Shown: positions 8,240 through 16,008 of the stretch, piece after piece
Numbering within the stretch: the first letter of the stretch is position 1
How the letters are laid out: each line of letters begins with the position of its first letter
Notes under the pieces: model-generated
Databases searched by the model: none
The model's input: the letters and a program-made list of their open reading frames with translations, nothing else
What the model was told of the DNA's origin: nothing
Origin: a virus
IMG/VR virus record: IMGVR_UViG_3300045988_106441
DNA length: 44,463 nucleotides
Direction: 5' to 3' (one strand)
Position numbers and translations under genes: made by a program

Positions 8240-9208
8240 ATGGTGTACACCTTCGAGAGCCACTTTGCAGCCCAGATTGAGAATTTCATTGCTCAGAAAA
8301 ACGCGCTGGGGTTTGGTTATCTGGAGTCCTCCCGTCTCCTGCGAGACTTTGACCGCTTTTGCCTGACGCATTTCCCGGAAGAAAATACACTGACCAAGGA
8401 GCTTTGCTTAGCTTGGGCCACGAAAAAGGATACCGAAGGCAACAATACCTTCCGCAACCGTATGATGCCGGTGCGCGAGTTTGCCAGATACTTAAACCGC
8501 AACGGCGAAGCTGCTTACATTCTGCCGCCAGACATTGCCAGGAAAGATGCGCCGTATGCCCCGTACATCTACACCGAGGCCGAAATCCTGGCCATTTGGG
8601 ATGTTTTCGACCACTTGAAACCGAGAGGTGGTTTCCCGGTGCGGCAATTTGTGATCCCAGCTATGATAAAGCTGATGTACTGCTGCGGTCTGCGTCCATC
8701 TGAGGCCAGAAGGCTTCATGTAGACGATGTGGATTTGGACATTGGGCGGCTGAACATTATGGAGAGCAAACAGCACAGGAGCCGTATTGTTATGATGGCG
8801 GATGATGTGACGAAGATGCTCTCAGATTGCAATGCCGTTGTGACTTCCGCTATGCCGGAACGCGAGCCGTTCTTTCCCAACTCTGAGGGCGGTTTTTACG
8901 GGAAGAGAGGGCTGGAGAAGACTTTCCGCCTGGTTTTGAAGAAAGCAGGTGTTACGGGAACCGGCCGACGTTCCCCGCGTCTTTATGACTTTCGTCATAC
9001 TTTTGCCACCCACAGGCTGTACCACTGGATGAACGAGGGCAAAGATCTGAACGTTATGATTCCCTATCTGAGCGCGTACATGGGCCATGCGCAACTCTCG
9101 GACACCTATTACTACATTCATTTAGTTCCTGGCTTGTTGGAGGAAATGTCCGGGTTCACGTTTTCTTCTGCCGAGGCATTCTTGCCGGAGGTAGGAAACG
9201 ATGAGTGA
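8240..9208 (+). CDS. Tyrosine recombinase 2 of the trio (RitB-like)
   Basis: 322 aa. GLRPSEARRL...HDFRHTFATHRL...MGHAQLSDTYYYIH. Starts directly after the stop codon of gene 1. Confidence 0.9.
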   Translation: MVYTFESHFAAQIENFIAQKNALGFGYLESSRLLRDFDRFCLTHFPEENTLTKELCLAWATKKDTEGNNTFRNRMMPVREFARYLNRNGEAAYILPPDIARKDAPYAPYIYTEAEILAIWDVFDHLKPRGGFPVRQFVIPAMIKLMYCCGLRPSEARRLHVDDVDLDIGRLNIMESKQHRSRIVMMADDVTKMLSDCNAVVTSAMPEREPFFPNSEGGFYGKRGLEKTFRLVLKKAGVTGTGRRSPRLYDFRHTFATHRLYHWMNEGKDLNVMIPYLSAYMGHAQLSDTYYYIHLVPGLLEEMSGFTFSSAEAFLPEVGNDE

Positions 9209-10226
9209 TTTCTTTGATGCAATCCGGCGTTTTCTGCTGGACTATCTGCCCAAGCAGCGCTGCCTTAGTAAAAATACGATTCTCTCCTACAGACAGACAC
9301 TCAATATTTTCGTGGCTTATATGAGGGATGAGATAGGGATTGGAGCTGCTGAGCTGACCTTCTCCCGTGTTGACCGGGACGTCATTCTTAACTTCCTAAC
9401 CTGGCTGGAAAAGGCGCGGGGATGTAGTGTCTCTACCCGCAACCAGCGTTTAATGGCATTGCGGTCTTTCCTGGACTTCGCTGGACAAATCGATTGTACG
9501 CAGACGTCATTGTATCTTTCTGCCTGCAATATTCCCTCCAAGGAGGCTCACGGGCGAATCGTTGAATTCCTGACCGAACCGGCGTTGACCGCGCTGCTTC
9601 AACAGCCCAATCCTTCCAGGCAGAAAGACCAGCGGAATCTTGTATTCATGATCCTCATGTATGATACCGCTGCCCGATGCAGTGAACTTCTCGATATGAA
9701 GGTCTGTGACCTGCGTCTTGACGCAAAACATCCAATTGCGTACTTGCATGGTAAGGGACGAAAAACCCGTACAGTGCCGTTGCTGAACAGAACAGTCCAA
9801 CACTGCAAACAGTATCTGAACAAATTCCATCCCAACAAGGATGACTACAGTGAGGCACCGTTGTTCTATACCATGATCCATGGGAGGCAGCAAAAGATGT
9901 CTCCCGATACGGTAGCAGCATTCTTTGCAAAGTATGGGAGCATGGCAAAGGCGGTTTGTCAGGAAGTTCCCGAACATATCCATCCGCACATGATGCGGCA
10001 CACACGGGCGATGCACTTATACCAATCCGGGATGCCCATGGTACTTCTTTCCCAATATCTTGGCCATGCACAGGTTGAGACAACAATGATCTATGCTTAT
10101 GCGGATACCGAGATGAAACGTGCCGCAATTCAGAAAGCTGATGCTGTCCGTGGAACCAAGCCCGTGCCGGATGAGATTTGGGCTGATAACGAGGAAATGA
10201 TTTTGAAGTTATCTGGTCTGCTCTAA
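9201..10226 (+). CDS. Tyrosine recombinase 3 of the trio (RitC-like)
   Basis: 341 aa. TAARCSELLDM...HMMRHTRAMHLY...LGHAQVETTMIYAYAD. Overlaps gene 2 by 8 nt. Confidence 0.9.
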   Translation: MSDFFDAIRRFLLDYLPKQRCLSKNTILSYRQTLNIFVAYMRDEIGIGAAELTFSRVDRDVILNFLTWLEKARGCSVSTRNQRLMALRSFLDFAGQIDCTQTSLYLSACNIPSKEAHGRIVEFLTEPALTALLQQPNPSRQKDQRNLVFMILMYDTAARCSELLDMKVCDLRLDAKHPIAYLHGKGRKTRTVPLLNRTVQHCKQYLNKFHPNKDDYSEAPLFYTMIHGRQQKMSPDTVAAFFAKYGSMAKAVCQEVPEHIHPHMMRHTRAMHLYQSGMPMVLLSQYLGHAQVETTMIYAYADTEMKRAAIQKADAVRGTKPVPDEIWADNEEMILKLSGLL

Positions 10227-10253
10227 TCCTATTGTTCTATATATGCCGATTAT

Positions 10254-10342
10254 GTTATTCCGAAGTTTTTGCTGGTAACGCCTTGTACTACAGGGTTTGC
10301 AGCGATTACTTCGGAATAACTATTTCCTCGGCATAATCCTGG
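10254..10342. repeat. Right terminal inverted repeat of the RIT-like element
   Basis: Its reverse complement matches 6478..6565 (35 bp and 17 bp perfect blocks). Contains GTTATTCCGAAGT at 10254-10266 and its inverse at 10308-10320. Confidence 0.85.
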
Positions 10343-10422
10343 CATGGGCTGCCGCCGATCACCACGTCCACAACGGGTGCTTCCCCGCCGTGGATCTTTG
10401 TTATGTCGCCTAAGTGGATCAT
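10337..10422 (-). pseudogene. DNA (cytosine-5)-methyltransferase, proximal fragment (start codon to the PCQ motif)
   Basis: MIHLGDITKIHGGEAPVVDVVIGGSPCQ(D), preceded by GGAGGTGGAGGA. In the current state it reads into the element and stops after ...QDYAEEIVIPK at 10306. Confidence 0.85.
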
Positions 10423-10742
10423 TCCTCCACCTCCGTAAGCCAGAATTTCTTCCGGCACTCCAGGCAACATCCCACGCCGGGGCAATTTCCACGCAATACT
10501 GCATCCACTTCGCAAGGAGACATTTTGACGATCCCGGTATCTGGAAATATTGGTGCATTGGGAAACATCTCCAAAAACACGCTCTGCCTGGTTTTGACGG
10601 GGTGCTCTGCGGCCCACTGTTCGACTTGACTAACGAGTGATATAGGTTCAATATGTGCAATATTAAGTTCTTCACCGTAATAATCCGGGTTGCTTTTACT
10701 GCGTTTTTTCAGTTGTTCCAAAAACTCCACAGCATCCATCAT
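10419..10742 (-). CDS. Cys-rich hypothetical protein (paralog of 3618..3959)
   Basis: 107 aa sharing the N-terminal, central and C-terminal motifs of 3618..3959. ATGA overlap with the MTase start. Confidence 0.65.
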   Translation of the reverse strand: MMDAVEFLEQLKKRSKSNPDYYGEELNIAHIEPISLVSQVEQWAAEHPVKTRQSVFLEMFPNAPIFPDTGIVKMSPCEVDAVLRGNCPGVGCCLECRKKFWLTEVEE

Positions 10743-11146
10743 TCTGCCTCCTCAATGATGACCTCCACGCGGGAGGCTCCAGTTGTCTGATACTTTCGCA
10801 CCATCAGCAGTGCGATTGCGCTGTCATCGTTGTAGGCGTGGCCGTTCAACGCGTCCAGAATGGCCTTCGCCACGTTGTCGGCGTCAGGTCGCTTAATGTG
10901 GGGTGTTCCGTCCATCGCAGCGGCCTTTTTCTTTGACGTGCTCTTGGGCACCGTGAAGAACGCCGTGACGGCGGCCGTCAGCGGGATACCCGCCGCAAAA
11001 CCTTTCCCACTTTGGCACTTCCAGCACTGGATCACCTTGTCCTCGTAGTCCCGCGTTTTCTGCGGGGTGTAGGTGTGGCCGTTTTTCATAAAACGTGGGC
11101 GGCCCTTGCCCACCGGAATACCGGGGACCGTAAATTCAATTTTCAT
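10739..11146 (-). CDS. rusA: RusA-family Holliday junction resolvase
   Basis: MKIEFTVPGIPVGKGRPRF...RPDADNVAKAILDALNGHAYNDDS is the classic RusA pattern. Start trimmed to the ATG after AAGAGG. Confidence 0.85.
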   Translation of the reverse strand: MKIEFTVPGIPVGKGRPRFMKNGHTYTPQKTRDYEDKVIQCWKCQSGKGFAAGIPLTAAVTAFFTVPKSTSKKKAAAMDGTPHIKRPDADNVAKAILDALNGHAYNDDSAIALLMVRKYQTTGASRVEVIIEEAE

Positions 11147-11300
11147 TGTTCGCCTCTTTCTTCGGCTCAAATCCGCTCTTTCCCTCGCACTTGCACAGGT
11201 AGCATTTGTCTGAATGTCTGTTTGCACAATGTACGCATGCAAAGGCAAACGTATAAACCCCCATCGGGTAAAGAACGGGTTCGGTAGATTCAACCTTCAT
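11136..11300 (-). CDS. Small Cys-rich ORF (54 aa)
   Basis: Hand translation gives MKVESTEPVLYPMGVYTFAFACVHCANRHSDKCYLCKCEGKSGFEPKKEANNEN. ATGA overlap with the upstream MTase stop, and it overlaps the rusA start. Confidence 0.4.
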   Translation of the reverse strand: MKVESTEPVLYPMGVYTFAFACVHCANRHSDKCYLCKCEGKSGFEPKKEANNEN

Positions 11301-11992
11301 CGTTTTCCCTCCTCACAGGTAAACAAACTGATCTGCGCCGTGTGTTCCGCAAAGCGCTTTTCCTGCGCCTGAAAATAGTGAGGGTCGATCTCGCATCCAG
11401 CAAAATCAAAACCAAGATCATAGGCGGCTATGCGGCTGCTACCGCTGCCTAAGTGGGTGTCCAGTATCTTGTCTCCGGGCTTGGCGTACTTCTGAAGCAA
11501 CCACACGTAAAGCGCCACAGGCTTCTGCGTCGGATGAATGCGCTGCTCGTTCAGCGCCTTATTCCCTTGCTGGATAAACCCCTCTGCGATGCTTTTGCCC
11601 TGCATCATTCCATTCCACATGTAGTGGAAAAGCCGTACGCTGTCATGGCAGTTTGTGGCTGCGATCTCGCAATCGCTAAAAGAGCTGCCCTCGTTGCACT
11701 TGTTCCAAACAATGCGCCCCGGCGCAAAGTGATAGTCGAAATAGTTGCAACCCCAAACGATATAGCGCTTTGCGACACGTTCCAACTCATCGAAATATTC
11801 ACGTGTCGGAATATCCCACTTCGGCGATATGGGGTAGTCTCTGTGCACACCGATTTTGCTGACCTTGCAGCCATAATATCCGCGCCGCTCCGGCCCGCTG
11901 AAATATGGAGGGTCTACCACAGCCAGATCAAACGCCTTATCGGACAGCGTCCGCATATACTCCATGCAGTCCATGTTATAGGCTACGTTCAC
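11297..11992 (-). CDS. DNA methyltransferase, N6-adenine/N4-cytosine type (DPPY)
   Basis: DLAVVDPPY (motif IV) precedes ILDTHLGSGSS (motif I), the beta-class order. GTG start 6 nt after AAGGAGGAAAAG. Confidence 0.85.
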   Translation of the reverse strand: MNVAYNMDCMEYMRTLSDKAFDLAVVDPPYFSGPERRGYYGCKVSKIGVHRDYPISPKWDIPTREYFDELERVAKRYIVWGCNYFDYHFAPGRIVWNKCNEGSSFSDCEIAATNCHDSVRLFHYMWNGMMQGKSIAEGFIQQGNKALNEQRIHPTQKPVALYVWLLQKYAKPGDKILDTHLGSGSSRIAAYDLGFDFAGCEIDPHYFQAQEKRFAEHTAQISLFTCEEGKR

Positions 11993-12126
11993 CGCTTTTC
12001 CTCCTTGCCGTTGATAATGACGCTGACTACGCGGACGCGGCCCAGAGGCTCCAGCAGCATGGCCACTGCCTCCTTCGTACCTTGCGGGTCCTCGCCATCG
12101 TAAATGTCAACTACGATCCGCATCAT
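11989..12126 (-). CDS. Small hypothetical protein (start uncertain)
   Basis: MMRIVVDIYDGEDPQGTKEAVAMLLEPLGRVRVVSVIINGKEEKR. Its stop overlaps the GTG start of the MTase. Confidence 0.35.
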   Translation of the reverse strand: MMRIVVDIYDGEDPQGTKEAVAMLLEPLGRVRVVSVIINGKEEKR

Positions 12127-12358
12127 TTCCCAGATCACCATCCAATTCCAGGTACGGCTGAAAGGAGCGCATTTTTTTACCGCACCTTGCGCACTTGTAG
12201 TTATACATGGCATCGCAGCAGCCTACTCCATCGTAGCTGTAATCAACGCCGGTGCGTTTCCAGTCATGCTGCTCGCATGGGCAAATCCGCTCTTCCAGCT
12301 CTGTCACTCGATAACTTAGCCGGACTATTTCTGCTTTCAAGCGCTTATTTCCAAACAT
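12107..12358 (-). CDS. Hypothetical protein with coiled-coil N-terminus and CxxC pair
   Basis: 83-aa ORF after GGAGGGGATG. Contains CPCEQH...CARCGKKM. Confidence 0.6.
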   Translation of the reverse strand: MFGNKRLKAEIVRLSYRVTELEERICPCEQHDWKRTGVDYSYDGVGCCDAMYNYKCARCGKKMRSFQPYLELDGDLGNDADRS

Positions 12359-12365
12359 TTTTCAA

Positions 12366-12626
12366 TCATCCCCTCCTGAATTTTGGGCAGGCGCGGACGC
12401 TGAAAGATTTCTCTACAAACTTCCCGCTGACCGTCCGTGTTGTGGGTATCGCATCCCAGCCGGGAACCGGCTCAAGCCGCGCCGACCACTCGCAGCCGCC
12501 GTATACGTTGGAGCAATCCCAGCAGAGCTGCTTGGACTGGTACTCAACCCTGGGAGCTTTCTTCTGCTTCTTCTCCCGCGGGGGATAGTGGCGGATCAAC
12601 TCGTCCAGCCGAAAATTACTTGCCAT
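12366..12626 (-). CDS. Hypothetical protein
   Basis: 86-aa ORF after GAGGTG. Cys-containing (CWDCSNVYGGCEW). Confidence 0.6.
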   Translation of the reverse strand: MASNFRLDELIRHYPPREKKQKKAPRVEYQSKQLCWDCSNVYGGCEWSARLEPVPGWDAIPTTRTVSGKFVEKSFSVRACPKFRRG

Positions 12627-13028
12627 TCAAACACCTCGCATATCTGCCAGAGCGCACCATTCGGCGCAGGTCATCCCCTGTTTCTTCGCCTCTGATGGGG
12701 TGGAAATACCGGCCTCATGCCAGCGCTCCCGCTGTTTACTCGCCCTGGCGTAGAATTTTTCCAGACAGGCGTCGGGCAGCTCCGGCATAGGTGTCTCCTT
12801 CGCCCTGGGGGGTTCCGGCTTGGGCAGGTATGGGACCAGTTCGGATGGGTTCGGGTAAAAAGGGTTTTCCCGCGCCCGTAAAATGACAGCTTGCTTTGCG
12901 TCCTTGTAGTCCCACGGCTCCAAGATCATCTGCCAAGCCGACACCGTGGCGGAACCTGTCTGATTTTTTGCGTTTGGGTAAATCGTTCCAAGCAACGCAA
13001 ACAGTTTTGCGATATCTTGCTTGTTCAT
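12627..13028 (-). CDS. Hypothetical replication-module protein (possibly G39P-like helicase-loader N-domain)
   Basis: IAKLFALLGTIYPNAK...SAWQMILEPWDY...FYPNPSELV resembles the G39P loader family (recalled from memory). Sits next to SSB and the ori-like region. Confidence 0.5.
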   Translation of the reverse strand: MNKQDIAKLFALLGTIYPNAKNQTGSATVSAWQMILEPWDYKDAKQAVILRARENPFYPNPSELVPYLPKPEPPRAKETPMPELPDACLEKFYARASKQRERWHEAGISTPSEAKKQGMTCAEWCALADMRGV

Positions 13029-13055
13029 GTACTTCTCCTGATAGTCTTACGTAGT

Positions 13056-13149
13056 AATACTCTCTCTCGCTAAGATAATATATATATTTATTATTTCTCT
13101 GAGAGAGAGAGAGAGTATTTCTTCTTAGAGGGGGGGTGTGGGGGGGGGG
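13056..13149. promoter_or_regulatory. Ori-like intergenic element: 13-bp inverted repeat around an AT-rich loop, a (GA)n run, and G7/G10 tracts
   Basis: aatactctctctc (13056-13068) pairs with gagagagagtatt (13107-13119) across a 38-nt AT-rich spacer. G7 lies at 13130-13136 and G10 at 13140-13149. Confidence 0.4.
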
Positions 13150-13238
13150 ACTTTCTTCTTTGTGCGCCTACTATCGTGCTGCGGCTTGCCTTGCATCCGC
13201 CCGTCATAGCCATATGGTACACGCGGCACCGTTGTTGT

Positions 13239-13643
13239 TTAAAACGGAAGATTTCCGTCATCCTCGATCTCGGCAAACCCGCCGGAGGATGCCGGTGCAT
13301 AATCGGGGTTGTCGCCGCCGTCCCGCTTTGAATCGCCAAAGTACACGCTATCCGCCACGATCTCGGCGGTGCGGCGTTTGTTGCCGTCCTTGTCCGTCCA
13401 GTCACGCAGCTGTAAGCGGCCCTCCACAACGGCCATGCGGCCCTTAGAGAAATACTTACTCACAAATTCGGCGGTGTTGCGCCATGCCACCACGTCGATA
13501 AAGTCCGTTTCCTTTTCGCCGGACTGGGACTTGAAGTCCCGGTCAACAGCCAGAGAGAAGGATACAACCGCCGTACCGCTGCCAGTGCGCCGGAGCTCGG
13601 GGTCCCGGGTCATCCGGCCCATCACAATAATTCTGTTCAGCAT
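13239..13643 (-). CDS. ssb: Single-stranded DNA-binding protein
   Basis: MLNRIIVMGRMTRDPELRRT... has an OB-fold pattern and the acidic tail DDGNLPF. RBS AAGGGAG. Confidence 0.9.
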   Translation of the reverse strand: MLNRIIVMGRMTRDPELRRTGSGTAVVSFSLAVDRDFKSQSGEKETDFIDVVAWRNTAEFVSKYFSKGRMAVVEGRLQLRDWTDKDGNKRRTAEIVADSVYFGDSKRDGGDNPDYAPASSGGFAEIEDDGNLPF

Positions 13644-13945
13644 GAAATAGCTCCCTTTCTGTAAATCATGTCCTCCCGGTTCCAATCCGGGTAAAATGCT
13701 TTCATGTACGCCACCAGCCGCACGTAGATGCGCTCGCGGTCTCGTAATGGCCCCTCGTCAAATAGGCGGTGGCAGCGGGGGCAGAGGGTTATAATGTTCT
13801 GCTCGATCCCTCTGCCGCCCTGCGAACGCCGTACCACATGGGCCACCGGCGCGCCTGCGGGAGACCCGCAGATCACGCACTGGTGATTGTCCCGCGCCCA
13901 TACAACAACCTTCACGGATTGCGGGATAGACGTTGCCTTTGTCAT
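13637..13945 (-). CDS. HNH endonuclease
   Basis: HQCVICGSP...HVVRRSQGG...NIITLCPRCH. Start taken at the ATGA overlap with the upstream gene. Confidence 0.75.
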   Translation of the reverse strand: MTKATSIPQSVKVVVWARDNHQCVICGSPAGAPVAHVVRRSQGGRGIEQNIITLCPRCHRLFDEGPLRDRERIYVRLVAYMKAFYPDWNREDMIYRKGAISC

Positions 13946-14475
13946 TTTGTGCATCCCCATTCCTCCATCATCCCCGCCAGCTTCTCCTGAGGCAGGGTCT
14001 CAATGCCTTGCTCCTGGCAGTCCTGCACCGCCATATCGATCAAATGTGACATTTGCCGGGTGTTGTAGGTGCTGGAGCCGTAATACAAAATCACGTTGGT
14101 GCAGCCGGGGATCCTGCTTGCCATGGTATCCGTCTGCCAGCCAAGCCCATTGTGTTCCCACCCGTTCCGCAGCTTTTCCACGGCTGAATCGATCACGCAG
14201 ACCATTTCATGATTGCCGCCGATCTCTCGGATATACCGTCGGTAGATTTCCGTTTTGGGAATCCGCAGCTTTTCAGCCAGCCGGTCAACCAGAACCCAGA
14301 AGTACGCATTCGCGTCGAGGCTCCGCTTCTCCCGGTGTTCCTTGATCTCCACGTCATAGACTTGACCCTCTTTCAGACTGTCAAGCACCTGTCGCGCCTT
14401 GTTGGTCTGGATGCACAGCCAGTCTCCGGCGGCATCCATCGTCCAGCGGAACGATGTGGAATTAACCCGCTGCAT
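13942..14475 (-). CDS. Recombination-module protein (possibly NinB/Orf-like)
   Basis: KRSLDANAYFWVLVDRLAEKL resembles the NinB-type motif (from memory). Located between ERF and HNH/SSB. Confidence 0.5.
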   Translation of the reverse strand: MQRVNSTSFRWTMDAAGDWLCIQTNKARQVLDSLKEGQVYDVEIKEHREKRSLDANAYFWVLVDRLAEKLRIPKTEIYRRYIREIGGNHEMVCVIDSAVEKLRNGWEHNGLGWQTDTMASRIPGCTNVILYYGSSTYNTRQMSHLIDMAVQDCQEQGIETLPQEKLAGMMEEWGCTK

Positions 14476-15115
14476 CGTTGGCCTCCTTGGCCTCGGCTAC
14501 GCACTTCTCGCACAGCGCATGGCCGTACAGCTGTTTCGCTCTCGCCGCCAGACGTGCCGCCTTCACCGTGGCTCTGCCGTCAAAGTAATCCATCACCTGA
14601 CCGCCGCAGCGCTCACAGATAACAGTAGCGTCGCCCTGCGGGGGAAGTCTGTACCCCGGCTTCTGCCGTGTTGGGATCGCCGGTTCCTTCGGTCTGCTCG
14701 GCTCCGGCGTTTCCGCGTCTGGGTCCTTCATTTCCTCGGTGGGGATGCAGAATACCTGGAAGAACGCATACTTCATGGCAATCGCCATCGCCTTGTTGCT
14801 GGCCTTGTCCCCGCTGTCCATGCCCTCGCCGATCACCACCGCCGAAACACTGGTGCCATCCTCTGCGTAGAACGTGTATTTGATTTTCAGCATGGAATAC
14901 AGAATCGTACCGCCTTTGTTGGTCACACGCTCCTCCCGTGACTGATCGATCACCTCCGGCACAACGAACACCTTGTACTTGGAGAGGATCGGCTGCAGGG
15001 CGTTCATCACATCGTCGATGCCGCGATACTTGAAGCCCTGCTGCTGGTTCTTCTTTTCCTTCCCAATCGCCGGGATCTCCTGCATGATCGCGGTAATGCT
15101 TTCAAAGATATTCAT
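14462..15115 (-). CDS. ERF-family single-strand annealing protein
   Basis: FKYRGIDDVMNALQPILSKYKV...GEGMDSGDKASNKAMAIAMKYAFFQVFCIPTEE is the ERF signature. Confidence 0.85.
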   Translation of the reverse strand: MNIFESITAIMQEIPAIGKEKKNQQQGFKYRGIDDVMNALQPILSKYKVFVVPEVIDQSREERVTNKGGTILYSMLKIKYTFYAEDGTSVSAVVIGEGMDSGDKASNKAMAIAMKYAFFQVFCIPTEEMKDPDAETPEPSRPKEPAIPTRQKPGYRLPPQGDATVICERCGGQVMDYFDGRATVKAARLAARAKQLYGHALCEKCVAEAKEANDAAG

Positions 15116-15597
15116 TACTTCACCCCCACGCTATAACCATCCACCAGCTCCGCGCCGGGGACGGCTTCTGTTTTCAGGATCTTGGCAAGCTCCGCCTTGC
15201 TGATGGTCGGCTCTGCATGCTGGATGCAGTCCTCATGTGCGTGGTTCTGCAGCCATGCCAAAACAGTGTCAGGATCAGCCACGTTCACGCTGGTAGTCTT
15301 GCGGAAGTTCACCGCGCAGCGGGGGGATTCAAATTTCTGCCCTTGCAAGGCATACGCCAGATAGTCCTTGAGGCGCTGGGCCTTGTTCTCCGCCGCCTTC
15401 TGCCGTTCGGCAAAGGCGAGCTTCTCAGCCTTGTAGGCAGCGGCATCCGCCACCAGATTCTTGTAATATAGCGCGATGTTCTCGATCTTCTGATCTCGCG
15501 CCATGCTTAGCCGGTCAAATGCGTCAAAGTCGCTGACCTCGCCGGTCTCCGGGTCTACCAGGGCCGTAATGGCCGTGTCAATTTCATAAAGGTTCAT
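15115..15597 (-). CDS. Siphovirus Gp157-like protein
   Basis: MNLYEIDTAITALVDPETGE...KIENIALYYKNL...AEKLAFAERQKAAENKAQRLKDYL matches the Gp157 family layout. Confidence 0.6.
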   Translation of the reverse strand: MNLYEIDTAITALVDPETGEVSDFDAFDRLSMARDQKIENIALYYKNLVADAAAYKAEKLAFAERQKAAENKAQRLKDYLAYALQGQKFESPRCAVNFRKTTSVNVADPDTVLAWLQNHAHEDCIQHAEPTISKAELAKILKTEAVPGAELVDGYSVGVK

Positions 15598-15803
15598 TCT
15601 TTCCTCCTATATCTTGCAAACCGCACGGTCTCGCCGTAGCGGTTCTTCTGTGTGACCGTCTCCACGTCCAGCGCCACGTCGTCCCGCCGCAAGTCAGAGA
15701 CCCGCGCCGTGAAATTAGCGATCCCGCACTCGCTCATGGCCTCGGCCCGTGTGATACTGCCGTGTTCATCCAGATACTTCAAGATCCGCTCACACTGGTT
15801 CAT
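15594..15803 (-). CDS. Winged-helix/HTH DNA-binding protein
   Basis: MNQCERILKYLDEHGSITRAEAMSECGIANFTARVSDLRRDDV...RYGETVRFARY. RBS GGAGGG. Confidence 0.6.
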   Translation of the reverse strand: MNQCERILKYLDEHGSITRAEAMSECGIANFTARVSDLRRDDVALDVETVTQKNRYGETVRFARYRRKE

Positions 15804-15804
15804 A

Positions 15805-16008
15805 TCAGCCCTCCGGGATTTCGATGATCGCAATCCCCATGGCCCGTGCCACAGCTTCCGGATCGCTGTCAACCTCATCCTTGAGCCAATCCTTCGCGCA
15901 TTCCGGGCAGTAGCACTCGCCGTTGATCAAAAACCCCGGAGCCACATCGTCAAACGCGTTGGGGTTCATGACGATGGAACATCTTGCGCACACCGGATAG
16001 ATCTTCAT
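15805..16008 (-). CDS. Hypothetical zinc-ribbon protein
   Basis: MKIYPVCARCS...CYCPECAKDW. ATGA-coupled to the upstream gene. Confidence 0.55.
   Translation of the reverse strand: MKIYPVCARCSIVMNPNAFDDVAPGFLINGECYCPECAKDWLKDEVDSDPEAVARAMGIAIIEIPEG

Larger units (their letters stand above)
6452..10342 (+). mobile_element. RIT-like (recombinase-in-trio) element, including the flanking 6-bp direct repeats
   Basis: Three tandem tyrosine recombinase genes, ~88-bp terminal inverted repeats, and TCCTGG at 6452-6457 and 10337-10342. It interrupts the C5-MTase ORF, and removing it restores the frame. Confidence 0.8.

Noticed and set aside
6478-10342. Whether the recombinase block is an invertible switch (shufflon-like) that turns the methylase on and off through its inverted repeats
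   Set aside because: Inversion between identical inverted repeats leaves the flank-to-repeat junctions unchanged. Reading from ...GGSPCQ into the repeat gives a stop in either orientation (..IVIPK* or ..IVIPKSLHRVL*). Only excision at the TCCTGG direct repeats restores the frame.
13091-13447. ORFs 13091-13429 (-) and 13136-13447 (+) spanning the ori-like region and the SSB 3' end
   Set aside because: Their translations are Arg/Pro/Cys-rich low-complexity sequences, they overlap the well-supported ssb gene, and they run through homopolymer tracts. No RBS was seen.
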